Part shown: in pieces, positions 22,480 through 33,546 of the stretch | How positions within the stretch are numbered: position 1 is the first letter of the stretch | Layout: every line of letters starts with the position of its first letter | Notes under the pieces: generated by a model | Database searches by the model: none | Seen by the model: the letters and a program-made list of their open reading frames with translations, nothing else | What the model was told of the DNA's origin: nothing | Assembly (NCBI RefSeq): GCF_000181795.1 | Contig: NW_003526941.1 | Span: 6,943,051-6,976,596, forward strand | Direction: 5' to 3' | Origin: Trichinella spiralis | Lineage: Eukaryota | Length of the DNA: 33,546 nt | Position numbers and translations under genes: made by a program

Positions 22480-25400
22480 GCGCTTTTTTTCGCTTTTTAC
22501 CTTTTTTTCTACATAAAGCAATATGAGTAGTAAGAGTAAGTTTTCACTTGATCGGTTGGTGGTTGTTCATCCAAGAATGCAAGTAGACAAACCCTGCTTC
22601 ACGATACTTCTAACAGCGTGTAGTGTAGTTTGGAATAGAAAAAGAAAGAAAATTAATGATAAATAATTTCAGTTGTGCTTGTTGTTGACAGAAAATGTCT
22701 CTGCACAAACTCTTCAATTAATTATTTTGTTTTGTTTGTAAAATTCATTTTACCTCTCATACAATCGACATTTGTTGAAAAAGCAATTCAGATTATTCAA
22801 ATTAATTGATCAATTGTACATTCGCTTTGATTTTTCATACTCGATTTTGCCATTTTATCTGTAATACTGATGAATGTGGTTTTATCGTCTCTGGTATTAT
22901 GATACGTAATATTTTTTCATCAATTATTCCACATTTTACTTTGAAAATACTCCCTGTACAGTTCTGATTTGTAGTGGTAAAATTTTACAATTTTCTTCAC
23001 TGTGAGAGATATTTGATGCCCTTCTTGGACAAACAGTTTCCACTGAAATTTCCGACTAAACGATGTACTTTATTGTAAAAATTGAGATATATCAACACGA
23101 AATAAGGAGATGAACATCTAAGTGACCAGCCGACAATTTTTTCCAATCAAACCACGATAAAGTACACTACTGGATGAGTTCCATGGTTCTGTATGCCGTT
23201 ATCTGAGACTATTTTCTAATATTGTTGACATAGTACAACACAGGAGTTGGTAAAGTAATGAATGTGAAAGCGCGTGATGATAGTATAAGAAAGGTGATAT
23301 ATAGTGATTCGAGAGTGAACAACAGTTTTGTCTAGGTTTTTTTAAAATTTTATTCAATGAATTTTGAAAACAAATAAATTGAACACAATAATATACAATT
23401 ATAATTTGAATAATGCTTATATTGTTATTGAAAATAAAAAATTGTAATTGTTAATTTTTTCTTTTACAAATTTGTCTCTGTGGATAACGTTTTCGGTTCT
23501 TTAGGAGCTTTCAATGGCCTAGAATACCTTGCTCGACGTCGCTTCTGAAATCATTTGCAATGTAATCTTTTATCTGAATATCGAATTACTATTACTATTA
23601 CTAATATTAATATTAGCAAAGAGGAAACTTCCAAAGAAAGGAATTTAATTTCCAATAATTCTAACTTATCCCCTGACAGCGTCATATTTATAATTTTACT
23701 TATTCACACCTGATATATTTATGTTTAACTTGATAAAACTTTCCTGTTCAATATTTTACAGTAATTAACTGTTATGTAATTAGAGGTGAATTTATTCAGT
23801 TTGGAAAATTAATGTGATACATTGACAATGTAAAAAATTCTTACTCGATGGCGACGCACTGCTTTTCCACTTAGATAAAGAAAAGCCACTGCCACTAATG
23901 AACAAATGGCAATTACCATAGTTATATAGTAATTTGATAGCGTTAATGCAATTTCCTCGAGTGTGCTGATAGCTGAAATGAAGCCATTAATTAATGTAAT
24001 TTAATGTGCAGTTTTCTACTATTATATTTTTCTACTCTCTTCACATAATGTGCCTTTGAAACCAGGTGCACAGAGACATTGGAAGTGTGTTTCGCTTAAA
24101 ACTGCACAACAGCCCCCGTTTTTGCAAGTATTCTTCTTGCACAAGCCAGTATCTAAGAAAGTACAAGAATGTTAGTTGTTGTATTGATTTGAATGGGCAA
24201 AGGGGAGTTCAGTTATGCACTTTATTGTTGTTTTATTACTGAATTACGCGACAAATCTTTGATAATATTCAAATGCACGACAATATATTGTTAACCAGGG
24301 TAAATTGCAATTGTTATTTGTTTCGTGGAATATAATTAAATTTATAAGAAATTTTCACTTACGGCTTTCGCAAAATTTGCCTGTGTAAACTGGGCTACAC
24401 ACGCAGATGTGTTTACCGTCCACAAGCGAACAATTTCCTCCATTTAAACATTCTTTGCCGTTGTTGCAGGTGATTTCAGCTAAAAGTATCAATTTTGCAG
24501 TAACATATAGATGATTCATTTTATGCATCGAATTCATTTGTATTGTTATTATCAAGAATTTGAAGTTAGGGCAAAATTAAGGTAAAAATGAATTCAAAAG
24601 TTTGTATAGTTCTTGTCTAATTTTAGTAATTTATTGTCGCTCTTATTAACAGATAAATCCTGTTGCTTCCAATTTGAATAGAATTTGTTGCAACATTGCA
24701 GTATAATATTATTGTGTCTGAAAATACGTTTCAAAGCATGAATATTATTGTTTGAAAAATTTGTGAAATGCAATAAAAATGCCATATTCAAAACAGACAA
24801 TAAATGGCCCTGCATGTGGAATTTTTAGCAATTACTTACGTATAGTGCAGTTTACGCCTTGAAAATCCGATGTGCAAGAACAAATATATGAACTTCCCGC
24901 ATTGAAGCACTTTCCACCATTTTGGCATATATTTGGATGGTCTTCACAGAATGTGTAACCTACAATGAATTGACAAGCTTTGCATATATTATTTACATTT
25001 ACAATGGTAAAAATGTATATTAATTATTGATATTAATTAACAACAACAGTAGAAATAATTGTGAATTTCAGAAATGGATTATTATTTTTTATGTTTTTTC
25101 TACCAATTCTGTATTGATCTTTTCAGTAAATTCAGCTTAACTTTCGGGAATAAAATTACAAACATTATTGAGATTGTAGTCATTTGTGTAATAATCATTT
25201 CTAATTGCAAATTACCAAAATGTAGGAGGACATTTAAGTAAACTGTTTTATGCAGTTTTACCTCAGTGATACGTCACATTTTGTGTGAATTAGAAATAGT
25301 ATTTATAATTAACTCAATTCTCACTTTTTTCGCATAATGTTCCATGACGACTGTCATCACATTCGCAAAAATATCCAGCCTCGGTTTTTATTATCGTCCC

Positions 25401-27119
25401 ACCATTTTTTGTACATGTTTCATTATGTTCCATTATGGTTTTGTTGGAGTTGATAAAAAAATCTTTGCAATCAGTTTGCAATCCTTCTTCAATAGAAAAG
25501 CAGCATTTGTATCTTTCTTGTGTACAGTCCACTACGGCATTTGCGAATTCTTTTATGACCTTATACCGTTCTCTTGTGTATGGACCGCAAGTTGTACTTT
25601 TTGCTGACCACTCTGACCACTCTAGGTCTGAACAAGGACACTCGCATATTTCTCCATAATCACGTTCAGGGCATTCTTTTCCATACGGTATATCGGCTTC
25701 TTGGTGACGTACATAAGTGTATTCTCGACATATGTTTTCATTAGGTGGAAATGTACATTGTTCAATTCTTTCTTCTATACAGTTTTTGTAACTTGCAGAT
25801 ACGCAAGCGAAATATTCGCAGTTGTCAGCTGAGCAATTCAATACCGGAGTAGCAAATTTATATTCATTAGTTTCACTTTGTATTTTCATGCATCTGCACA
25901 TTGAGTGTAATCCCATGCTGTATTCATTGCCGGATTCAGTAAAATTGTAATTTTGCCACCACGGATGGATAATTACATTTGCAACATCTATCATTTGTGT
26001 GTAACCCCAAAAATAGTTTATACATCGGTCCATGTGCGTAGTCGATATTTCATTTGAACTTCGATTGAAGTAAATCGCCGTGTTCGTGTAGCACGCATGC
26101 GGTTTGTTTGTTTTCCAATGTTCATGATACCTGGGTACGTTTCCTTCATACCTAGTCTTGCCTACTTCCGTTCCAGAATGCACTATTATTTCTTTTTCTG
26201 GATATTTATAGTACTGGTGATAGCCAATCGCGTCTTCATTCAAGTAAGATAGCAGTTGACCATTTTTGAAATGATATTTGCAAAAGTTGACCATTTTTCC
26301 GAGCAAAGTGTTGTCGCCTTTTGTTTCTGGCATGTTTTTTGTAGTTTTTAATTCTTTGGAAAGTACGAATGTTGTGCAGTGGTTGACATCTCTTCTTCCA
26401 CCTCTGTACACATCTGGATACGTATCGGCTGGGCAAGAAGAAGAAGAATTACTCAGGGCTTTCTGAGCGTTGAAGCAAAGGAGAAAAATCAGCAAAACTT
26501 CGAATGCCTGAAAATTGAAAATCACAAAAATAAATCATGATGCTCATATTTATGTTTCTGTTGGAGGAACAGAACTGGCTGAGAAAATTCATATCATGTG
26601 TATTGAAGAAATATTTAAGTGTAAAAAAATATTCTTTAATTCATTGGTTTTTCTAGAAAATGAGAACTGTAATGAAAAAATGATTACCATTTCAGGAAAA
26701 CTTTCTCTACTTTTTCCCCAATTCACGGCCTGTTCTTGAGAAAACTGCCAAATACTGTTGTTCTTGTCATTTGCTGCCAATTTTATGCACCGAAGAATTT
26801 TAAAATAATATTTTAAAGGCATTTACGTTTAAACTACTGACATGTTTAAATTTTCTTGATGATTCTTGTGTTTTTATTTAAACAAAATATTGTTATCAAT
26901 TTTGATATACCTTTAATATGGATTATTTATTATATTTATGAATAGAGTTTCATGTTCATAATTCACATTCATTAAAATATTAAAATTAAAAGTAAAACTT
27001 GAAATTTATAGCTTTTATAGAAAATTGCCACATGAATATATGATCTGTGTTCGATACGTGAAACTATGGCTAATACTGCAATTTCCGTTCTTCATATTAT
27101 TTTGTAATGCCATTGAACC
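22480..27119 (+). repeat. Segmental direct duplication, copy B (~4.6 kb)
   Basis: Paralogous to 14330-18943 and separated from it by a ~3.5 kb unique spacer. Confidence 0.95.
23464..26690 (-). CDS. Type I membrane protein, paralogue B (same architecture as paralogue A); ~582 aa
   Basis: Exons 26690-26688, 26507-25325, 24959-24840, 24479-24363, 24152-24036, 23972-23845, 23544-23464. All splice sites and exon lengths are conserved with copy A, with no stops or frameshifts. Tail ends ..PKEPKTLSTETNL. Confidence 0.85.
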
Positions 27120-27399
27120 GCATCAATGATGATAAGGTAATTATTTTTAAGTTACATTTTTAAATTCATTAACATCATAATATATCTCAAAATAGATATT
27201 AAATTTATAATAGCTTGACATAACTTCATTTTGTGTTACGAAGAAGATATATTTTGTGTTGAATTTCATGCTTACGTGTAGCTGCAGTATATTAAGGTAT
27301 TAAAATTAATAAAAGGAAAATAAATATATTATAAACGAATTATTGCTCTAATTACAACATTAAAATGTGAGCATTTTCATGAAATTGTCAGTAGAGACT

Positions 27400-28540
27400 A
27401 CACGCTTTTCATTCCACTGCAGGTTGATGTTGTAATTCTTATACACTGGCAATGAGTATGAAGCCAAGAGGTAGAAATCAGCATTTACAACCCAATTCAC
27501 CAACATCACTTTTATGACGAATTCACTGGTAGGAATTATGCCGTCAGGTCTCACCATGTTCAGTAAATTAAATTGAGTAAATTGGATTCTACAAAAATGA
27601 TTCTTCTTCGATATCTGAATGTTCAGTTGCAATAACCTTTGCTGTTTATGAAAAATTGATGATGTTTTTTCAAACGGTTGCAGAATATTCTTCATTGGAA
27701 TCAGTAAATGAATGTCCATTAGTGCACAATGTAAAGTTTAAGGGAACAAAATCTGTAAATTTTTAATAATTAGCTTCTGCTTTTTGTCCATGTTGCCGGT
27801 TAGGATAACAATGTTGCCGGTTCCACACTTTTTAAAATGACAACCGTGATACACAATTTTTAGTACTTCGATCCAGCATGTGCATTATATTAAAAGATCA
27901 GTTCATTATTTTTGCGTTTCCAGTAAATGTTATGTTTTGCCATTTTTCTGTTTTAGGCATTCATTTTTCTTCTTTCCAAAGTGGTTGATCAAAATCTGAT
28001 TGAAATGTTCATTAAACAATCAGTTCCTTCAAATTAATGAATGAATTTTGCGTAACACTGCAAAGTATTATCATCGTGCTAGTACAGCCTCATTTACGTA
28101 AGACACTATTTTATACTTCTTTAATTTACGCCATAATATTGTTTTTGATAGACAGAAACTTTCATCTGTAACGTATTGTGGATTTTGTTGTTGTTCAGCA
28201 AATACTATAATCTTTAGTGTTGGCTCATTACATTGTTATTATACGTTTTCAAAGCAAACATGCATTTCTAGGTCAGAAGAGTAACTTCATGCAAATGTGA
28301 TGGTAAACACTGCCGTTGGCATTCCGCTACGTGCACTGTGTGTTATTCAAATTCGGTAGCAATGTTCCTTATATAAATTTCTGTTTATTGAGGGAACTCC
28401 ATTATAGTATAAATGTTCGCTGCTGAAGGGCGGTCTAATTACTTACTGCGTTGCGTTATTCGGTCATTTTCATGGTTCAGTTCAACAAATACGTTGTGAT
28501 TGTTCGACTAAAAATATGAAGAAACCACGAACATCTGTTA
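27400..28540 (-). mobile_element. Very degraded piggyBac-like transposase relic
   Basis: Broken translations fall in piggyBac motif order: FFIFL..PNNATQ (~28500), GTLLPNL (~28360), MHVCFEN (~28255), YVTDES (~28165), YNAHAG (~27885). Many stops and apparent deletions; the resemblance is weak and judged by eye. Confidence 0.25.
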
Positions 28541-28709
28541 CAAAATGTATGACTCTATGTTTGCTTTATACGTCGTCCCTGACAGGTCTGCTGACAGGTA
28601 TGAAATTTCATATATTTTCTATTTTTCATACAATGTTTTCTTTCTTTCTCTTGGCACACTGCACAAAACATGCGCGCTTTTTAAGCTTTTCGTAGTTGTT
28701 TGATTTTAG

Positions 28710-29330
28710 TCTTTTTGAATGGAAACTAGCGTGCTGTTCTTCAGTAATGATGTTCAACTAATATTCGAGCCTTTATTACGGCCAAGCCAATATATAATAG
28801 TACTAATGGTATATTTTGCTATAATTTTCAATCGTCCTTACAAATCCATTTGTAAAGTAGTACTCTGACATAGCAGTTGAACCCCTCCCGCATTATCTTT
28901 ACTGCCCACTGTAATGTTTATTGCTAAGGTAACATACTTGCCCAGTTGTTTAAAGGAAATGTCTGTCACCGGGATACTGAAGTCGAACAATCGCACCCCT
29001 AAACGCTTGTCACTGCTCAAATCATGCACAATATTGTTTCAGCATGACATAGGAAAGCTGCTGTTAGCTAGAGAACACACTTTTATACTACCACCTGTGA
29101 TATTTTCACAATGGCAGTAACGTTCCCTTCATTTTTGAAATGACTCCTTTAAGTTTTTATTATGTTATTGTACCGCCAATAGCACTGACTTATACAGATG
29201 CACCTATTTTATGTCATTGAGAAAATAACTCAATGCCCATCAATGTTATCAGTATTGATAAATGAAGCAACACCTGAATGTTATATGAATATTGAATGGA
29301 AGATCGCATATGACAACTTCCACCTCCTCC
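28710..29330 (+). mobile_element. Degraded piggyBac (PGBD2/3-like) transposase fragment
   Basis: Collinear broken motifs: FEWKLA..IFEP/YYGQ (cf. FEPYQG), PLPHYLY, CLKEMSVTGILKSNNRTP (cf. GT.R.NR..P), FSQWQ*RS (cf. W.DN), ITQCPSML (cf. CP..I..YN), IAYDNFHLL (cf. A..NAWLL). Frameshifted and interrupted. Confidence 0.45.
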
Positions 29331-31065
29331 ATACCTCAACGTCTCCCTCATTCCTTCCTGCTATGCTGTCCCGCCCTCCTTGCCTTTCTAATCATCCCCA
29401 TCATTGAGGAGTAATAATACTAAGCTGAACAGAGATCACATTAAACTGAAAATGCTGCCCCTCCCCCCCCCCTATTTCGAGCTGAATGAACAGCACTTAG
29501 CTGTTTTTATCTCATATAAATCTAATTTCTCATAATTGTTATCGACTAGCAATATAACCAAATCCAGGCTACTTGTGATTCTTTTGTTTTATTCCTTTCA
29601 TGAAATACAATACAGGATTGTCACCCGCATAAGTTTCTTGAATTCATTGCAAATCATTGAGTTACTTAATTTGTGCAGGTAGGTTTATCTCACATTGTAT
29701 GTGGCGCGCTGATGCAGTGCTCAACCAAGTTTGCAGTCTTACTGTAAATCATCATAAGGTGTAAACAAAAGTTTAGTTAAAACAAAATTTTAATAGTAAA
29801 TAAGCTGTCAAGTGGCATACCCACTGGTGCTGTTGCTTACCATCATGATGTCTACGCTGCGCACTTGTTAAATTCTGTGCTGAGATAAATTGTATATTAT
29901 AAAATTTCTGTCGCAGTTATCATCATAAAATTTCATGACAACTGTTTAATTTTCCATAAATCTGAAAACGTATTTTATTTTCGAAACTATTTTCAGTGGA
30001 AGCTATTTTTTATTATCCATATAATTTTGATTAGATGAAAAACAATGATGAAATATAAATTGTTGAATCACCTTGTACTTTCAAGCAACTAATTTACACA
30101 ACATGCATAAATGCGCAGTGATAGCATTTCCGTTTATTTTTAGTAATTTGCGATGCTTCAGGTTAATAATATTTCCTCTTAGGTAATTTTAGGGAAAACA
30201 ATTTGCATAACAATGCCATATTACGTAGTAATATGAAGTGTGTAAATAGAAACGTAATAAATTTCATCGTTTCGTTTCATAATGTTGCTCATATTGTTTA
30301 TTTTAGTGCGCTATTACTGATGGAAAATTAGGTTGCTCTTCGTGAAGCAAAGTAAATAGTCATTTGCATAATTTACTTATTATACAATTGACCAAGCACA
30401 TTGATTTTATTAGGTTATGCAGTTCACTGCAATGCTATCAATGTAGCACGTGGTCAATTGTAATTCCGCTCTTCAACACCATCTATGAATAACTGGTAAG
30501 TTGGATTTGATATTTTGGTGGTGGCATGCTATGCATGTTATTTTACATATATGGTGAATGGAAACTGGCGGGTTTCTTTCTAGTGTTATTATTGCTAAGT
30601 TTTAGATACATCGGATGCTGAAGACGAAGAAGTATCTATTTCTGTTTTTTATTTATAGATGACAGCATTAATATAATTCAATTTTAGAATTTACATTATT
30701 TTTTATTCATATCAATTAATATGCAACAACCAAATTCTGAAAACTAACTGAATATGGTAACTATGCATCATGATGAATATGCTTTGCCTTTTACTTGAAT
30801 TTTTCTGTTAAATTTAAGTTGTAGGTTGCAGTGCCATTAGCGCCACATTGCTTTCATTCTAACAGTAGCACTAATGTTAAATTATCATGTATGTGATATC
30901 ATAGATTAGGTGCGCTTGATTCAATTCTTTTAAGAATTGAAAATTACATTTGCCTTGCTACATTTTGAAAATGCGCAGATGCAATCTATTATCAGTAAAG
31001 ACCGGTAAAAGTTGCTGAACAGTGGTTGTTGAAGTTGCTGACATAGCGTTCAAAAAACGTATGAC

Positions 31066-32230
31066 AAAAACCGTAAGTATTGACTTTGTTTAATTAGACA
31101 GCAAGACGATGGACTGATCAGATATATGTAGAATTTGGTAAAATCTATAATTACAGATTACGTCATCACCTGCGCTTTTATGGAGTTTTGTTTGTTCTGA
31201 GCACCGTGATAAGTCATGTTCAGATCATTTCGTTCTAAATGTGGCATCCGTAAGTATTGATTTTGCTCCTGATTGCAGTTGCATCGTACAGTGTACACAT
31301 TTTATCCATGACAGCATTTCTTCTGATGGTGCTCTGAGTTAGTTGAAGTTGGTGCAGTGACGTTTCCCAGTTGTCCTAGTGTGCTTTCACTTATCACAAG
31401 AGTAAGAGGGAATTGATTGTAATTGTAGCAATTTCGCTGAGTCAGTCGAGCAGCGTTCATACATGTCCTGACAACGTATTGGTGCTTGTTGCTGTCAGTG
31501 CGTTTCCAATGTGATATGACAAAAATTACTGAGTAGCTTTTGTTTATAATAGCTATGGATTACGTCATCCCATGAAGATTGTACCGTTGGCAACCCTTGT
31601 TCAAATGGACATAAAGGCTTTTCCTAGTCGTCCCAGTGTGCCTTTGATTATCACAAATAGGTATCGTCATCAGTAAGTATTGAATTTGATTAATTAGATA
31701 GCTGGAAGATGCGAGTGTTACATGGATTAAATTTGAATATCTATCTGAATATGAATATGAATACATGAATATCTATAATAACAGATAACATCATTAGCTG
31801 AACTGTTCTCAAGTTCCTTTCGTTCTGGACACCGTGATTAGTCATGTTCACATCGGTTTGTTCTAAATGTGGCATCACAAACATCCGTAAGTATTTAACT
31901 TGCTTCTGATTGCAGTTGGATATGTAAAATGTGCACATTTTATCCATGACAGCATTACATTAACATCAAGCGAATCAAATGGACGTAAAGGCGTTTCCTA
32001 GCCGTCCCAGTGTGCCTTTGCTTATCACAAATAGTAAGAAGGAATTTGATATTATGGCAGCAATGAAATATGTTAAATAAAGAGAACAGGTCGCTGTACA
32101 TTCCAGCATTTTGTTCTTGATAGCAATGGATTACGTCATCATCAGAAAAGTTTTGTTTAGTCGCAGCTGATGGCACTCTCAAATTGCGGTTCCTACGGTT
32201 CTGATGTTTTTCCTTGTCACGCAAGGTAAG
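31066..32230 (+). repeat. Mosaic of degenerate repeated exon/intron-like modules
   Basis: 31201-31318 resembles 31822-31956. 31361-31420, 31600-31661 and 31975-32050 resemble each other. GATTACGTCATC occurs at ~31156, ~31558, ~32130. GTAAGTATTGA.TTTG.TTAATTAGA.AGC occurs at ~31072 and ~31673. Confidence 0.75.
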
Positions 32231-32576
32231 GAAGAATTGCATTATTTTTTTGTAGGAGAACTGTTTTGTATTTAATGTTTTAGTGCGTAACTGTGAAGAC
32301 GAAAGCCGCATCTTGAATGATCTCCATCGAATAACGTAAGTGGTTATTTTTATTATGCTGCTGTTATATTTATTTCTATTATTATTACATACCTGTTATC
32401 TTTATCTGTTATTCAATTCAACTATATTCAACTATGAATTTTATAATCATGGCATGTCTTTTTAGAATCTTTTAGAATTTTAATTATTTTTTAGAATTTT
32501 TTCTCTTTTACAATCTCCATTAAGAGCACTAGGGATTTGATAGCGTAAAATACTGGTACGTAGCAAAGTAACAGCG

Positions 32577-33546
32577 CACAGGTAAGTGGAATGCAGGTAA
32601 GTGGAGTCCAAGAGGATAAAGTGATTGCGTGCAGGTAAATGGACTGCAGGTAAATACTGAAGGTAAAGAATGATATCGTAGAGTTAAGTGGTATAAGTAC
32701 GTTAAGTGGAAGAGTAAGAGGTAATAGGTATAGGTAAGTATAAGGCAGGTAAGTATAAGTTAAAGGTACAGGTAAGTACGAGGCGTTACTCTACGCTGAG
32801 TGGAGTACGTAGTGAGGTAATTGTAAGACGTAAGTAAAATTGCAGAAGTAAGGAGCCGGATGCTGAATTATGCAAATTTTCGAAAAAAATACCTGAGGGA
32901 ATGCCCTGGGCATAGCCTGAAAACAAAAGAAAATTTGCATATCCACCTGAAGGCAAATTTTGTGCAATAAAATGCTTTCGGCGTAGCCTGCGGGAATATG
33001 CAAATTTTTATTTGCCCTGGGGCATAGCCTGAGGCGACGCCTGGGGCTAAATTTCAAAAAATTTTGAAATTTTCAAAAAATTGCCTGAGGCATAGCCCCA
33101 GGCGTAGCCTCAGGGCATATAAAAATTTGCATATTACCCTGAGGCGATTAAAAATTTGCATAAAAACATCCTTAGGCCAAATATTGTGCTATAAATTGCC
33201 TGGGGGATAGCCTTAGGGCATATGCAAATTTTTATTTGCCCTGGGGCATAGCCTGAGGGTAAAGCCTGGGGCTATATTTTAAAAAATTCGAAATTTTCAG
33301 AATTTTGCCTGAGGCATAGCCCCAGGCGTAGCCTGAGGGCAAATAAAAATTTGCATATTGCCCATAAGCTATTAAAAATTTGCATATTTCATTAAATAAA
33401 TCGCCTCAGGCTTTTTAAATTTTGTAATTTCAATATTCACATGTATATTCACCATACTTCACCCTGAACACAACTTACCTTGACTTTTTACATTACCTAC
33501 CTTTACACTTGTACTTACCATCACCCTAAACACTACTTACCTTCAC
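32577..33546. mobile_element. Foldback/long-inverted-repeat non-autonomous element-like structure (truncated by window end)
   Basis: Left arm 32577-32850 is an array of (A)GGTAAGT-like words. Right arm 33450-33546 is the complementary ACTTACC(T)-like array. The interior is made of palindromic units. No transposase ORF. Confidence 0.5.
32870..33412. repeat. Palindromic tandem repeat, 224-bp period
   Basis: Landmarks at 32998/33222, 33125/33349 and 33154/33378 are each 224 bp apart. Each unit is an imperfect hairpin: ATGCAAATTTTTATTTGCCCTGGGGC...GCCT(C/G)AGGGCA(T/A)ATAAAAATTTGCAT. Confidence 0.9.

Noticed and set aside
32791..33057. 88-aa ORF in the terminal repeat
   Set aside because: Translation of the palindromic repeat itself.
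32870..33412. CRISPR-like appearance of the palindromic repeats
   Set aside because: Eukaryotic context, no unique spacers between constant repeats, no cas genes.
1..33546. tRNA, rRNA, snRNA or spliced-leader RNA genes
   Set aside because: None recognised by eye; tRNAscan-SE and Infernal/Rfam would be needed to exclude them.

Overview
Eukaryotic, AT-rich, intron-containing DNA with short (50-100 nt) GT-AG introns. The gene content points to a nematode, most plausibly a clade I parasite such as Trichinella; that assignment is inference. Splicing by hand gave seven frame-consistent gene models. (1) A Cys-rich protein with two ADAMTS-type cysteine-rich modules and a possible N-terminal membrane anchor (+, 50-1208). 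(2) An N-myristoylation-motif globin (-, 3115-3810). (3) A 9-exon IL-17-receptor-family SEFIR protein transcribed divergently from the globin (+, 4994-9301). (4) Cysteine string protein DNAJC5/dnj-14 (-, 9774-11446). (5) A secreted TIL-TIL-CC protein (-, 12967-14104). (6, 7) Two paralogues of a type I membrane protein (signal peptide, divergent C-type-lectin-like region, TSP1-like, 4x EGF, TM, PDZ-type tail) inside a ~4.6 kb direct duplication (14330-18943 and 22480-27119). The most striking signal is that these two paralogues have near-identical introns but a hypervariable patch in the lectin-like ectodomain. The last ~6.5 kb has no supportable intact gene. It holds decayed piggyBac-like fragments, a mosaic of repeated exon-like modules, and a foldback-like element made of GGTAAGT arrays around 224-bp palindromic units rich in ATGCAAAT and GCCNNNGGC motifs.
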